A stretch of 64,000 nucleotides of DNA from Alphaproteobacteria bacterium (GTDB lineage: Bacteria > Pseudomonadota > Alphaproteobacteria > Bin95). A program made the position numbers and the translations under genes. Of this stretch, positions 48,622 through 62,026 are shown piece after piece. Below the pieces are notes generated by a model that made no database searches, was not told where the DNA came from, and saw only the letters and a program-made list of their open reading frames with translations. How positions within the stretch are numbered: position 1 is the stretch's first letter; each line of letters opens with the position of its first letter. Where the stretch lies: positions 544,001 to 608,000 of the forward strand of contig CAXXWS020000003.1 in assembly GCA_963665325.3 (NCBI GenBank), in the 5' to 3' direction.

Positions 48622-49830
48622 TCAGGCGGCGTCGGCCTGCATGCGCTCCGGCACGGTCAGCCCGAACAGCTTCGCCGCGTTCAGGCCGAGGATCTTCGCG
48701 CGGTCGGCTTCGTCGAGCCCGCCCATGGTGCGCTCTATGGCCTCGCCGGAATGCGGCCAGGTGCCTTCGTGGTGGGGATAATCGTTCGCCCACATGAAGT
48801 TGCCTGCGAGGCCCCAGTCCTTCGCGAGCGCCAGGCCCGCCGGGTCTTCCTGGAAGGTGGCGTAGCCGTGCGCGCGGTAATAGTCCGACGGCAGGCCCTG
48901 GAGCTTCGGGCGCACCCACATATGGTGCTTGCGATAGGCCTCGTCCATCGCGTCGAGCAGCCAGGGCACCCAGCCGATGCCGGCCTCGATGGTGGCGAAG
49001 CGGATCTTCGGGAAGCGCTCCAGCACGCCCGAGGCGCAGAGGTTCGCGACCGGCTCGATGGTCGGAGAAAGCGAGTGGGTCACATAGTTGATGACCGCCC
49101 CGCCATTGCCGCGCGAGGCGCGCGGGTCGCGCCCGGTGCTGACATGGAAGGTGACCGGCATGCCGGTTTCCTCGACCAGCGCCCAGAGCGGGTCGAAATG
49201 CGGCAGGTTGTAGTTGACATGGTCCACATCGTGCCCGCCCCAGCGGGGCTTGCAGGGCAGGGTGAGGGCCTTGTAGCCGAGCCCGGCGCAGCGCTCGATC
49301 TCGGCGAGCGTGCCTTCGAGGTCGCCGGTCGCGACCGCCGCCGCGGGCACCATCTTCTCCGGCCAGGCGCCGAACTGTTCCCAGGCCCAGTCGTTCCACA
49401 CCCGGCATTGCGCGTTGGCGAACACCGGGTCCGGCGTCGCCCACATGGCGAGGCCCTTGTTCGGGAAGATGATTTCGGCGTCGATGCCGTCGCTCTCATT
49501 GTCGCGGATGCGGCCCTCGGGATCGGCGCCCGCCTGCGAGCGCACCCAATCCTCGCCCTCGAAGCTCATGATGCGGATGCGGTCCGGCCGGTAGCCTTCG
49601 CAATAGCGCCACTGCACGCCGTTCTCGTCGGTGACGACGCGCGGTGCGCGCTCGCGGTATTTCTCCGGCAGGCGCGTCGCCCAGAGGTCCGGTGGCTCAT
49701 TGGCGTGGCTGTCGGTCGAGACCATGTAGTATTTCTTCGGGTCGCCGGCGCGCGCGGTGCGCGTCCAGCCTTCGTGTCCCGGCGTTTCCAGCCGCCAGAG
49801 GTTCTCGGCATTGATGGCGATATCGTTCAT
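48622..49830 (-). CDS. amidohydrolase_2-family metallo-enzyme
   Basis: 'STDSHANEP', 'PVTFH', 'IEAGIGW', 'WANDYPH.EG'. Confidence 0.9.
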   Translation of the reverse strand: MNDIAINAENLWRLETPGHEGWTRTARAGDPKKYYMVSTDSHANEPPDLWATRLPEKYRERAPRVVTDENGVQWRYCEGYRPDRIRIMSFEGEDWVRSQAGADPEGRIRDNESDGIDAEIIFPNKGLAMWATPDPVFANAQCRVWNDWAWEQFGAWPEKMVPAAAVATGDLEGTLAEIERCAGLGYKALTLPCKPRWGGHDVDHVNYNLPHFDPLWALVEETGMPVTFHVSTGRDPRASRGNGGAVINYVTHSLSPTIEPVANLCASGVLERFPKIRFATIEAGIGWVPWLLDAMDEAYRKHHMWVRPKLQGLPSDYYRAHGYATFQEDPAGLALAKDWGLAGNFMWANDYPHHEGTWPHSGEAIERTMGGLDEADRAKILGLNAAKLFGLTVPERMQADAA

Positions 49831-49929
49831 GGGGTCCCGAATACTCCCTCAGATGGTCATTCGCGCCGGACGCTACCCGCTTGGCCCCACGGCGTCCACA
49901 CCGGCCCTGTCCCGGAAAGGGGGAAGTCG

Positions 49930-50961
49930 TTGACCCGGCAGGAAAAACCGTGGTGGCGCCCCGAGGCTTACGCCGCCCGCCGCCCGGCACTGCTCGAGCG
50001 CGCGGCGCTGCTGCGGCGCATGCGGGACTGGTTCCACGGGCAGGATTTCGTCGAGGTCGAGACGCCGGCGCTCCAGGTGTCCGCCGGCATGGAGGTGCAT
50101 GTCGCGACCTTCGCCGCGGAGCTGTCGGAGCCGGGTGGGCGGTCCCGCGCGCTCCGGCTGCACACCTCGCCCGAGATCGCGATGAAGAAGCTGCTGGTGG
50201 CCGGCGAGCCGCGCCTCTTCCAATTCGCGCGCGTCTTTCGCAATGGCGAGCGCTCGGCCACGCACCATCCGGAGTTCACCCTGCTGGAGTGGTATCGCGC
50301 GGGCGCCGATTGGCGCGACCTCATCCCCGATTGCGAGGCCCTGCTGGCGCTCGCGGGCCCGGAGCTCCGATGGAACGGCCGGCGCGTGGTGACGGCCGCG
50401 CCTTTCGAGCGTCTTTCCGTCTCCGCCGTTTTCCGCGACCGGCTCGGCCTCGACGTGCTGGCGGCGGACACGGCCCGGCTCGCCGCCGTTTGCCGGGCGG
50501 AGGGGCTGGAGCCCGGCGGCGCGGACAGCTGGGAGGACCTGTTCTTCCGCCTGTTCCTCAACCGAATAGAGCCGCGTCTGGGCCTGGAGCGCCCGACCGT
50601 GCTGCACGGATGGCCGGCGCGCATGGCGGCGCTCTCCCGTATCGACGCAGACGATCCGCGCACCGCGGAGCGCTTCGAGATCTATGTCGGCGGGCTGGAG
50701 CTCGCCAACGCCTTCGGGGAGCTGACCGACGCCGCCGAGCAGCGTCGGCGTTTCGAGGCCGCGGCGCGCGAGCGCCGGGCGCTCCATGGCGACGATCTGC
50801 CCGTCGACGAGGACTTCCTTTCCGCGCTCGAACGCGGCATGCCGGCCTCGGCGGGCATCGCGCTCGGCTTCGACCGGCTGGCAATGCTGGCCGTGGGCGC
50901 GGACCACATCGAGGACGTGCTCTGGGCGCCTGTGGCGGGGGCGGACGAAGACGAAGCATAA
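49930..50961 (+). CDS. epmA: EF-P lysine aminoacylase (GenX/PoxA)
   Basis: 'FVEVETP', 'LHTSPEIAMKKLL', 'FRNGE.S..HHPEFTLLEWY', 'ERFE......ELAN', 'GIALGFDRL'; TTG start inferred. Confidence 0.94.
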   Translation: MTRQEKPWWRPEAYAARRPALLERAALLRRMRDWFHGQDFVEVETPALQVSAGMEVHVATFAAELSEPGGRSRALRLHTSPEIAMKKLLVAGEPRLFQFARVFRNGERSATHHPEFTLLEWYRAGADWRDLIPDCEALLALAGPELRWNGRRVVTAAPFERLSVSAVFRDRLGLDVLAADTARLAAVCRAEGLEPGGADSWEDLFFRLFLNRIEPRLGLERPTVLHGWPARMAALSRIDADDPRTAERFEIYVGGLELANAFGELTDAAEQRRRFEAAARERRALHGDDLPVDEDFLSALERGMPASAGIALGFDRLAMLAVGADHIEDVLWAPVAGADEDEA

Positions 50962-51207
50962 GAAGAGAAACGGACAATGCGCGGTCTGTGTTCTTCCCTT
51001 TCGCTTTCCAGCGCGATGAGCGCCAGATTGGCGAGGGAGGATTTTCGGGACCCCCATTTGCCCTCTATCCCGACGACACGGATCCCGCGCCCGCTCCCTT
51101 CGGCAGGCTCGGGACAGGCCCTTCGATACGCGCCCGCTGGCGCCGTTGACTCGCCGGGGCGCGTTGGGTAGCTTCCCGCCGGCCGGTGGAAATGAGCGGG
51201 GTGTTCC

Positions 51208-51624
51208 ATGGGGGTTTCGCTGCCTCCCGACTATAAGCCTTCCGGAAGCGAAGATTTCATGAACCCGATGCAGCGGGAATATTTCCGGCTGAAGCTGCTC
51301 GACTGGAAGGAGCGCCTGATCCGCGACTCCGGCGAAGCCGTCGTTCAGCTGCAGAGCAACAGCCTTCGGGTCGCCGACGACGGTGAACGCGCCTCGATGG
51401 AGACCGACAAGCGCCTCGCGCTCCGCACCCGCGACCGGGCGCGCAAGCTGATCGCCAAGATCGACCAGGCGCTGAAGCGGATCGACGAGGGAACCTACGG
51501 CTATTGCGAACAGACCAACGAACCTATAGACCTCGGGCGGCTGGAAGCCCGGCCGATCGCGACGCTTTCCATCCAGGCGCAGGAGCGCCATGAGCGGAGC
51601 GAGCGTATGCACCGGTCGGACTGA
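51208..51624 (+). CDS. dksA: RNA polymerase-binding protein DksA
   Basis: 'FMNPMQREYFR', 'LRTRDRARKLIAKIDQAL.RI..G.YGYC', 'RLEARP.AT'. Confidence 0.95.
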   Translation: MGVSLPPDYKPSGSEDFMNPMQREYFRLKLLDWKERLIRDSGEAVVQLQSNSLRVADDGERASMETDKRLALRTRDRARKLIAKIDQALKRIDEGTYGYCEQTNEPIDLGRLEARPIATLSIQAQERHERSERMHRSD

Positions 51625-51690
51625 GGCTTCCCGGAAGGCCGCATTCCGGCGGCGCCCATCCTCCATCGACCCGGCGAACGGCAAACCCCA

Positions 51691-54498
<2,808 letters not shown>

Positions 54499-54509
54499 GC
54501 CGGGTGCGC

Positions 54510-54998
54510 ATGCCCGCGGCCTGGGGGCTGGTTGCTGCGGTTCTGGTTTTCGCCGCGGACCAGGCGTCCAAGCTCTGGGTGCTGGCCGCCCAGTCGGGCC
54601 TGCCGGTCGAAATCGCGCCCTTCTTCAACATCGTGCTGGTCTGGAACCGGGGCGTGAGTTTCGGCATGTTCGGCTCCGTCGGGCCGCTGGTGCTGGCGGC
54701 GCTCGCGGGCGCTGTGGCGCTGGTACTGATCGTGTGGATGCTGCGCTCCCCGCGGCGTTTCGAGGCGCTGGCGCTCGGCGCCGTCGCCGGCGGGGCGGCG
54801 GGCAATATCCTCGACCGGCTCTTGCGCGGCGCTGTGGTGGACTTTCTTGACTTCCATATCGCCGGCTGGCACTGGTATGCCTTCAATCTGGCCGATTCCG
54901 CCATTACCGTCGGCATCGCCATGCTGTTGTTCGACGCCGTGTTCATGGGCAGGCGGCGGACCGGGGGAACCGGCGGCGGGAAGGAACGAAGCGCATGA
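54510..54998 (+). CDS. lspA: lipoprotein signal peptidase II
   Basis: 'DQASK', 'NRGVSFG', 'GNILDR', 'VVDFLD', 'FNLAD'. Confidence 0.96.
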   Translation: MPAAWGLVAAVLVFAADQASKLWVLAAQSGLPVEIAPFFNIVLVWNRGVSFGMFGSVGPLVLAALAGAVALVLIVWMLRSPRRFEALALGAVAGGAAGNILDRLLRGAVVDFLDFHIAGWHWYAFNLADSAITVGIAMLLFDAVFMGRRRTGGTGGGKERSA

Positions 54999-55507
54999 CG
55001 ATCCGGTCGTTGGCACTGGTTGCGGGCGCGGTGTTCGCTCTCGGCGCATGCGATGTGGCCCGGACCCTCGGCATCGACCGCGAGGGGCCGGACGAATTCG
55101 CCGTGCTCCGCCACGCGCCGCTCACCGTCCCCCCCGATTTCCGCCTCCGCCCGCCGGAGCCCGGCACGGTGCGTCCGCAGGAACTTGCGCCGCGCGAAAG
55201 CACGCGGCAGACGCTGACGGGCGCGACGACAAGCGAAGGGGCGGAGCGGTCCGCAGGCGAATCGGTGCTTCTCTCCAAGATGGGTGGCGCGCAGGTGGAC
55301 AGCAGTTTCCGCCAGCGCATCGACAAGGAGACCGCCGAGATCGCCGCCAAGAACCGGCGGCTGCTCGACGACCTGATCTTCTGGGAAGACCGCAAGACGC
55401 ATGCGAGCGTCGTCGATGCCCGGGCGGAGAGCAAGCGCCTGCGCGAGAACGAAGCCCTGGGCAAACCGCCGACCGAGGGCGAGACTCCGACGATCCAGCG
55501 CCGGTAG
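54995..55507 (+). CDS. DUF3035-family lipoprotein
   Basis: Lipobox LGAC; 'PDEFAV..HAPL.VPPDF.LRPP.PG'; usual position after lspA. Confidence 0.88.
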   Translation: MTIRSLALVAGAVFALGACDVARTLGIDREGPDEFAVLRHAPLTVPPDFRLRPPEPGTVRPQELAPRESTRQTLTGATTSEGAERSAGESVLLSKMGGAQVDSSFRQRIDKETAEIAAKNRRLLDDLIFWEDRKTHASVVDARAESKRLRENEALGKPPTEGETPTIQRR

Positions 55508-55525
55508 GGCGGAGGAACGCGGACG

Positions 55526-56812
55526 GTGCTGGGCGACCTTCCATACCGGCAGGACCTGTCGCGCTGTTCGGGCGTCGCCGGCAGCGATGCTTTCGAGCGG
55601 GCGCTCGCGGGAACGGCGGAGGGGCTCGCAACCCTGCGCCGCGCCTATGACGACGGCAGCCTGCCCCTGTTGCGCCTGCCGGAAGCGCAGAGCGACCTCG
55701 CCATGATCGAGGCGCGCGCCGAGCACCACCGGGAGCACGCCGACGATGTCGTCATCCTCGGCACGGGCGGGTCCAGCCTCGGCGGGCAGGCGCTCTATGC
55801 GCTCGCCGATTCCGGCTTCGGGCCGAGCGGCGATTCACCCCGCCTGCATTTCCTCGACAATATCGACCCCCACACCTTCGACCACCTGTTCCGCAGCCTC
55901 GACCTCGCACGCACCGACTTCCTGGCGATTTCGAAGTCGGGCGGGACGGCCGAGACGCTGCTGCAGTTCCTGGTTTGCCTGGAGGCGCTTGCGGACAATG
56001 TCGGCCGGGAGGGTGCGGCCCCGCATGTGACCGTTATCGCCGAACCCGGCGCGAACCCGCTGAGAGCCCTCGCCGAGTCATGGGACTTCACCGTGATCGA
56101 CCACGATCCCGGCATCGGAGGGCGCTATGCGGCGCTGACGCCGGTCGGGCTGCTGCCCGCGGTGATCGCCGGCCTCGATCCGGCGGCGCTGCGCGAAGGC
56201 GCACACCAGGTGCTGCACGGGACCCTTAACGCCCGGACACCCGGCGCGAGCGGCCCGGCGCTCGGCGCGGCGCTGAATGTTGCTGCGGGCCGGAGCACGG
56301 TGCTGGCGGCCTATGCCGACAGGCTGCTTCCCTTCACCATGTGGTTTCGCCAGCTCTGGGCCGAGAGCCTCGGCAAGGACGGCAAGGGCACGCTGCCGGT
56401 TCCGGCCACGGGCGCCGTTGACCAGCACAGCCAGCTTCAGCTCTGGCTCGACGGCCCGGACGACAAGCTGTTCACCGTGGTCACGGCCGAAACCGCCGGG
56501 CGCGGGCGCATCGTGCCGCCGGCGCTGGTGGAGGACGGGCGGCTGGAATGGCTCGCCGGGCGCAGCATGGGCGATCTGCTCGACGCCGAGGCGCGCGCGA
56601 CCGTGGAAACGCTGGCGCAAAAGGGCCGGCCGGTGCGTCAGTTGCTCCTGGAGCGCATCGACGAGGCCGCGCTCGGCGCGCTGATGATGCATTTCATGCT
56701 GGAAACGATCCTCGCGGCCCACTTGCTCGGGGTCGATCCTTTCGACCAGCCGGCGGTCGAGCAGGGCAAGGTGCTGGCGCGGGACTATCTCGGCGCCATG
56801 GGCCGTCGGTGA
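55526..56812 (+). CDS. pgi: glucose-6-phosphate isomerase (short type)
   Basis: 'GTGGSSLG', 'SKSGGTAET', 'IGGRY', 'QLWAESLGK', 'DQHSQLQ', '[11 protein letters not shown]'. Confidence 0.95.
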   Translation: MLGDLPYRQDLSRCSGVAGSDAFERALAGTAEGLATLRRAYDDGSLPLLRLPEAQSDLAMIEARAEHHREHADDVVILGTGGSSLGGQALYALADSGFGPSGDSPRLHFLDNIDPHTFDHLFRSLDLARTDFLAISKSGGTAETLLQFLVCLEALADNVGREGAAPHVTVIAEPGANPLRALAESWDFTVIDHDPGIGGRYAALTPVGLLPAVIAGLDPAALREGAHQVLHGTLNARTPGASGPALGAALNVAAGRSTVLAAYADRLLPFTMWFRQLWAESLGKDGKGTLPVPATGAVDQHSQLQLWLDGPDDKLFTVVTAETAGRGRIVPPALVEDGRLEWLAGRSMGDLLDAEARATVETLAQKGRPVRQLLLERIDEAALGALMMHFMLETILAAHLLGVDPFDQPAVEQGKVLARDYLGAMGRR

Positions 56813-58563
56813 TGCTGCGCCGCCTGCCGGACGCGGTGGTCAACCGCATCGCGGCGGGCGAGGTGGTCGAGCGCCCGGCGGCGGCGGTCAAAGAACTGGT
56901 CGAGAATGCGATAGACGCAGGCGCGGGGCGCATCGACTGCGGCCTGCGCGCCGGCGGCGCGGCCTGGATTTCCGTGGACGATGACGGCGCCGGCATTGCC
57001 CGCGCCGACCTCGCGCTGGCGCTCGAACGCCACGCCACCTCTAAGCTTGCCGATGACGATCTGGTCGATATCCGCACGCTCGGCTTTCGCGGCGAAGCGC
57101 TGCCGTCGATCGGCGCCGTCGCGCGCCTGACGATCGTCAGCCGGGCGGAGGGCGCGACGGAGGCGTGGCGCATCTCGGTCGATAACGGCGAACCGGGCGC
57201 AGTCGAGCCAGCGGCCCGCGCCCGCGGCACGCGGGTGGAGGCGGCGGGCCTCTTCCGCGCCGTGCCCGCCCGGCTAAAATTCCTGAAATCCGCGCGCGCC
57301 GAATATCTCGCCGCTGCCGACATGCTGAAGCGGCTCGCCATGGCACGCCCCGCCATCGCCTTCTCGCTGGAGCATGACGGCCGCCGCGCCTGGGCCTCGC
57401 CGGCGGCTTCCGATCCCCTGGCCCGGCTAGCTGACGTGCTGGGGGCGGAGTTCGCGGAGAACTCGGTTCCGGTCGCGCTGGAGGCGGACGGGCTCCGCCT
57501 CTCCGGCCATGCCGGCCTGCCGACCTGGCATCGCGGCACGGCGCAGGCGCAATATCTGTTCGTCAACGGCCGCCCCGTGCGCGACCGGCTGCTCCAGGGC
57601 GCGGTCCGCGCGGGCTATGAGGAGCTTGTGCCGCGCGGGCGCTTTCCCGTGCTGGCGCTCTTTCTGGATGTGCCGCCCGACCGGGTGGATGTGAATGTCC
57701 ATCCGGCGAAAACCGAGATTCGCTTTCGGGATGCCGGCCGGGTGCGCTCGCTGATCGTTTCGGCGCTGCGTCGGGCGCTCGCGGAAGAGGGCCACCGCGC
57801 CGCCGCGCCCGCCGGGTTTCATATGGGCGCCGCCGCACCGCTCATGGGGCAGTTCCGGCCGGGCGGCAGCTTTGCGCCGCCCCTGGAACTCGCCGAGCGC
57901 GCCGCCGTCTGGCAGGCGCCGCTCGACCCCGGATTGCATCCGTCGGCCCCGCCGCCCGCGCCGGAGGCGCCGGAGGCTGCCGGCCTGCCGCTGGGCGCCG
58001 CCCGTGCGCAGCTTCACGACACCTATATCGTGGCCCAGACCGGGGACGGCATCGTGTTGGTGGACCAGCATGCGGCGCATGAGCGGCTCGTGCTCGAACG
58101 CATGCGCCGGGCGCTTGCGGACGGCCCGCCACCGCGCCAGACGCTGCTGCTGCCGGAGGTCGTCGAACTCGAGGAGGCCGGGGCCGAGCGGCTCGCGGCC
58201 AAGGCGGAGGAGCTGGGCGAACTGGGCCTCGTGCTGGAGCGCTTCGGCCCGGAGGCGGTACTGGTGCGCGAGACGCCGGCGGCGCTGGGCGAGGCCGATG
58301 TGAAGGGGCTGGTGCGCGACCTCGCCGACGACCTCGCCGAGCACGGGCTGGCATTGACGCTGAAGGAGCGGCTGGAGCATGTGGCGGCGACCATGGCCTG
58401 CCACGGATCGGTGCGCGCCGGCCGCCGCCTCGGCGCGCAGGAGATGGATGCGCTTCTGCGCGAAATGGAGGCCACGCCCCGCTCCGGCCAGTGCAATCAC
58501 GGCCGCCCGACCTATGTGGAGCTCAAACTCGCGGATATCGAGCGCCTGTTCGGCCGGCGCTGA
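56812..58563 (+). CDS. mutL: DNA mismatch repair endonuclease MutL
   Basis: '[10 protein letters not shown]', 'GFRGEAL', 'DVNVHPAK', 'DQHAAHER', 'CNHGRP'. Confidence 0.98.
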   Translation: MLRRLPDAVVNRIAAGEVVERPAAAVKELVENAIDAGAGRIDCGLRAGGAAWISVDDDGAGIARADLALALERHATSKLADDDLVDIRTLGFRGEALPSIGAVARLTIVSRAEGATEAWRISVDNGEPGAVEPAARARGTRVEAAGLFRAVPARLKFLKSARAEYLAAADMLKRLAMARPAIAFSLEHDGRRAWASPAASDPLARLADVLGAEFAENSVPVALEADGLRLSGHAGLPTWHRGTAQAQYLFVNGRPVRDRLLQGAVRAGYEELVPRGRFPVLALFLDVPPDRVDVNVHPAKTEIRFRDAGRVRSLIVSALRRALAEEGHRAAAPAGFHMGAAAPLMGQFRPGGSFAPPLELAERAAVWQAPLDPGLHPSAPPPAPEAPEAAGLPLGAARAQLHDTYIVAQTGDGIVLVDQHAAHERLVLERMRRALADGPPPRQTLLLPEVVELEEAGAERLAAKAEELGELGLVLERFGPEAVLVRETPAALGEADVKGLVRDLADDLAEHGLALTLKERLEHVAATMACHGSVRAGRRLGAQEMDALLREMEATPRSGQCNHGRPTYVELKLADIERLFGRR

Positions 58564-58593
58564 GGAAATGGCCTGCCGGGCGGTCCGACGCCC

Positions 58594-59427
58594 TCAGCAA
58601 ACCGGCGGGGCGAGCAGTTCGAGTTCTTTCAGGCGGTAGCGGATCGTGAAATCGGGGAAGGCGACCTCGGCGTCGCCGCCGACGCCGTTCTCGTAAAACC
58701 ATTCGGTCGACTCGAAGGCGGGCGTGGTGTCGTCGTTCGCGCCGAAGAAGGCTATTCGCGCCCGCCAGTGCGCAAGGCCGTCGAGTTCCTCCGGCGCCTC
58801 CGGCGCCGTGCCCGCCGCACTGTCCGGCAATACCAGGAGGCTCGCGGTCAGGAGGTCGTCCTCGTCCTCGCCGAAGAAGACCGTGCGCGTGAACAGACCG
58901 TCGCCGGTCCTCGCGTGCTCGATGACTTTCTCTATCCAGGCGCCGGGGAAGAGCGTCCCGGGTGCGAGCGCGAGGCGGTCCCCGTCCGGCCGGCTATAGA
59001 CGACCTCGCCGCCTGCGCCGGGTGCCGGGAGGCGCGCCCTGCCACGCCGCTCCTCGACCGGAACGCCGGTTCGGCTGGTCTTGCCCGAGAAGCCGTAGGC
59101 CGTTCCGTCCAGCCGTTCCCACGCCGAGAAGTCCACCCGCACGGCTACCGGTTCCCCTTCGTCCGACTGGATCAGCAGGCGGGTCTCACGGGTCACGACC
59201 GTGCGTTCGCAATCGGAAGTCCATTCATAGGCCGCCGCTCCCGACAGGCCGCCGATGCCGGAGGATGCGCCGGCGCGAACCAGCCCGACCTCGTAAAATG
59301 CCCGGTGCGGCGCGATTGCGCCGCCCCCGGCCTCCGTTCCCGCCGCAGTTGCGAGCAGTACGAGTCCGGCCAGGGCGGCTCGTCCTCCAAGGCGGCCGAG
59401 GTGCTGTCCGGTGTGTCCCGAACCCAT
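58594..59427 (-). CDS. EipB/DUF1849-family periplasmic protein
   Basis: Signal peptide, 'APHRAFY', internal Cys plus C-terminal Cys, 'GTLFP', 'YENGV'. Confidence 0.8.
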   Translation of the reverse strand: MGSGHTGQHLGRLGGRAALAGLVLLATAAGTEAGGGAIAPHRAFYEVGLVRAGASSGIGGLSGAAAYEWTSDCERTVVTRETRLLIQSDEGEPVAVRVDFSAWERLDGTAYGFSGKTSRTGVPVEERRGRARLPAPGAGGEVVYSRPDGDRLALAPGTLFPGAWIEKVIEHARTGDGLFTRTVFFGEDEDDLLTASLLVLPDSAAGTAPEAPEELDGLAHWRARIAFFGANDDTTPAFESTEWFYENGVGGDAEVAFPDFTIRYRLKELELLAPPVC

Positions 59428-59492
59428 GTCCGACCTCCCCGTGCGATGCCTCGGGTTATACCGGATTGCACCGGAAGGGAAGCCGCGCCCGA

Positions 59493-59521
59493 TTGCCCGG
59501 AAGGGGCTTCCGCCCTATAAT
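59493..59521 (+). promoter_or_regulatory. sigma70-type promoter of ssrA
   Basis: TTGCCC, 17-nt spacer, TATAAT. Confidence 0.75.
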
Positions 59522-59527
59522 GGCGGC

Positions 59528-59790
59528 GCCGGGCATGCTCGGCTATGGCGATAAACGCTATGCGAAATAAGCGTTGCGGACCCGGGGGCAGTACCCGGCG
59601 CCTCCACCATCCACGGGGGCGAACCAGGATCGACGTGCGTGGTAAAGGCATGGTCTTCGCTCGGCATGGTACCACCGTTATCGGGCCGCAACTCAAGTGC
59701 GAATGACAATGAGGTCGCACTCGCTGCCTGATCGCTGATCGGGTAAGCGCGGTTTGGAGGGCACCGGGCAACAGAAGCCCTCCACCCGCC
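59528..59790 (+). ncRNA. ssrA: two-piece (circularly permuted) tmRNA; tag ANDNEVALAA
   Basis: Acceptor piece ends ...ggcagtacccggcgcctccacca (59609); coding piece starts gggggcgaac (59615); tag frame gcgaatgacaatgaggtcgcactcgctgcctga (59699-59731); ends approximate. Confidence 0.93.
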
Positions 59791-59866
59791 GCGCGCAACG
59801 CGGCGATTCGAACACCTGCCGCGAGCAACGCGGCGGCGCCGCACCGTTCCGGGGGGCGGGGGAGCG

Positions 59867-60349
59867 ATGGCTGACGATTTCTTGCAATACGACCGGCTGG
59901 TCGAGGACGCGATGCGCAGCGTCGTCCGGCGCGCGCTCGAGGAAGCGGCTGAAAACGGCCTGCCCGGCAACCACCATTTCTACATAACCTTTTCGACCCG
60001 CCATCCGGCCGCCGCGGTGCCGCCGCGCCTCGCCGCGCAATATCCCGAGACCATGACCATCGTGCTCCAGCACCAGTATTACGGGCTGGAGGTCCACTCG
60101 ACCCATTTCGAGGTCACGCTCTCCTTCAACCGCATGCAGGAGCGCCTGCATGTTCCCTGGGAGGCCGTGACTGTGTTTCACGACCCGTCGGTCGATTTCG
60201 GCCTGCGCTTCTCCCGCGAGGGCGTCGAGCCGCTGCTGCCGGTCGAAGAGGCCGGGGAAGAAGAGGCCGGGCAGCCGGAGGGCGGCAAGGAGGACAAGGG
60301 CAAAGGCGGCGGCAATGTCGTGTCGCTGGACCGGTTCCGCAAGAAATAG
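59867..60349 (+). CDS. sspB: ClpXP adaptor SspB, alphaproteobacterial type
   Basis: '[12 protein letters not shown]', '[13 protein letters not shown]', C-terminal '[10 protein letters not shown]'; directly after ssrA. Confidence 0.95.
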   Translation: MADDFLQYDRLVEDAMRSVVRRALEEAAENGLPGNHHFYITFSTRHPAAAVPPRLAAQYPETMTIVLQHQYYGLEVHSTHFEVTLSFNRMQERLHVPWEAVTVFHDPSVDFGLRFSREGVEPLLPVEEAGEEEAGQPEGGKEDKGKGGGNVVSLDRFRKK

Positions 60350-60360
60350 GGGGCGCGCCG

Positions 60361-61971
60361 ATGCCCGAATTCGCCTTCCACGAGATGTTCCCGCTCGCCA
60401 AGGGCGACACCCCATGGCGGTCGCTCGAAGGAGATTTCGTTTCCGTCGATCGGTTCCGGGGCAGGGACTTCGTCTCGGTCGATCCGGAAGCGCTGAGCCT
60501 GCTCGCGCGCGAAGCGTTCCACGACATCTCGCACCTGCTGCGTCCGGGGCACCTCGCGCAGCTCGCGTCCATCCTCGACGACCCCGAGGCCTCGCCCAAC
60601 GACCGGTTCGTTGCACTCGACCTGTTGAAGAACGCGAATATTGCCGCGGGCGGCGTATTGCCGATGTGCCAGGACACTGGCACCGCCATCGTCATGGGCA
60701 AGAAGGGCGAGCGGGTGCTGACCGGCGGCGGGGACGAGGAGGCGCTCTCGCGCGGCATCTTCCGCGCCTACACGGAGGACAATCTGCGCTATTCGCAGCT
60801 TTCGCCCGTATCCATGTTCGAGGAGCGCAACACCGGTTCCAACCTGCCGGCGCAGTTCGACCTGTATTCGACGCCCGGTGAGGAATACGAGCTGCTGTTC
60901 ATTGCCAAGGGCGGCGGCTCGGCCAACAAGTCCTTCCTCTACCAAGCAACGCCCGCGACCCTGCATCCGGACCGGCTGCTCGCCTTCATCGACGAGAAGA
61001 TCCGCACGCTCGGCACCGCCGCCTGCCCGCCATACCACCTCGCGGTCGTCGTCGGCGGCACGTCGGCGGAGTTGAACCTGAAGACCGTCAAGCTTGCCAG
61101 CACGGGCTATCTGGACGGCCTGCCGACCGAGGGCGGGCCGCATGGCAATGCCTACCGGGACCGGGAAACCGAGGAAAAGATCCTGGAAGCGACGCGCGCC
61201 ATGGGCATCGGGGCGCAATTCGGCGGCAAGTATTTCTGCCACGATGTGCGGGTGGTGCGCCTTCCGCGCCACGGCGCTTCGCTGCCGATCGGCATCGGCG
61301 TCTCCTGCTCGGCCGACCGCCAGGCGCTGGCGAAGATCACCCGCGAGGGCGTCTTCCTGGAGGCGCTGGAGCGCGACCCGGCGCGGTTCCTGCCGGAGAC
61401 GGACGCGGGCATGCTCGGCGGCGAGGTGGTCGCGCTCGACCTCAACCGGCCGATGGACGAAATCCGGGCCGAGCTCTCGCGCCATCCGATCCGCACCCGC
61501 CTGGCGCTGACCGGCTCGATCACCGTTGCGCGCGACCTTGCGCACCAGAAGATCGAGGCGAGGCTCGCGGCGGGCGAGACAATGCCGGACTATTTCCGCG
61601 ACCACCCGATCTACTATGCCGGTCCGGCCAAGACGCCCGAAGGCATGGCGTCGGGGTCCTTCGGCCCGACCACGGCCGGGCGCATGGACGCCTTCGTGGA
61701 CGCCTTCCAGGCCGCAGGCGGCAGCCATGTCATGCTCGCCAAGGGCAACCGCTCGGCCCAGGTGACGGCGGCCTGCAAGGCGCATGGCGGCTTCTATCTG
61801 GGCTCGGTCGGCGGCTCCGCGGCTCGGCTCGCCCGGGACCACATCCGCAAGGTCGAGGTGCTGGAATATCCCGAGCTCGGCATGGAGGCGATCTGGCGCA
61901 TCGAGGTCGAGGACTTCCCCGCCTTTATCGTCATAGACGACAAGGGCAACGACTTCTTCGCTGGAATTTGA
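60361..61971 (+). CDS. fumarate hydratase, class I (Fe-S)
   Basis: 'PMCQDTG', 'KGGGSANK', 'GTAACPPYH', 'GPTTAGRMD'. Confidence 0.96.
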   Translation: MPEFAFHEMFPLAKGDTPWRSLEGDFVSVDRFRGRDFVSVDPEALSLLAREAFHDISHLLRPGHLAQLASILDDPEASPNDRFVALDLLKNANIAAGGVLPMCQDTGTAIVMGKKGERVLTGGGDEEALSRGIFRAYTEDNLRYSQLSPVSMFEERNTGSNLPAQFDLYSTPGEEYELLFIAKGGGSANKSFLYQATPATLHPDRLLAFIDEKIRTLGTAACPPYHLAVVVGGTSAELNLKTVKLASTGYLDGLPTEGGPHGNAYRDRETEEKILEATRAMGIGAQFGGKYFCHDVRVVRLPRHGASLPIGIGVSCSADRQALAKITREGVFLEALERDPARFLPETDAGMLGGEVVALDLNRPMDEIRAELSRHPIRTRLALTGSITVARDLAHQKIEARLAAGETMPDYFRDHPIYYAGPAKTPEGMASGSFGPTTAGRMDAFVDAFQAAGGSHVMLAKGNRSAQVTAACKAHGGFYLGSVGGSAARLARDHIRKVEVLEYPELGMEAIWRIEVEDFPAFIVIDDKGNDFFAGI

Positions 61972-62026
61972 CGGAAAAGGGAAGAGTCCCTGCGGACGCT
62001 TGCGCGCCCGCAGGGAAGCAGCCGGA

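Noticed and set aside
48397-49929. Long N-terminal extension on EpmA (854-aa ORF call)
   Set aside because: The extension is the antisense of the amidohydrolase gene; EpmA similarity starts near 49930.
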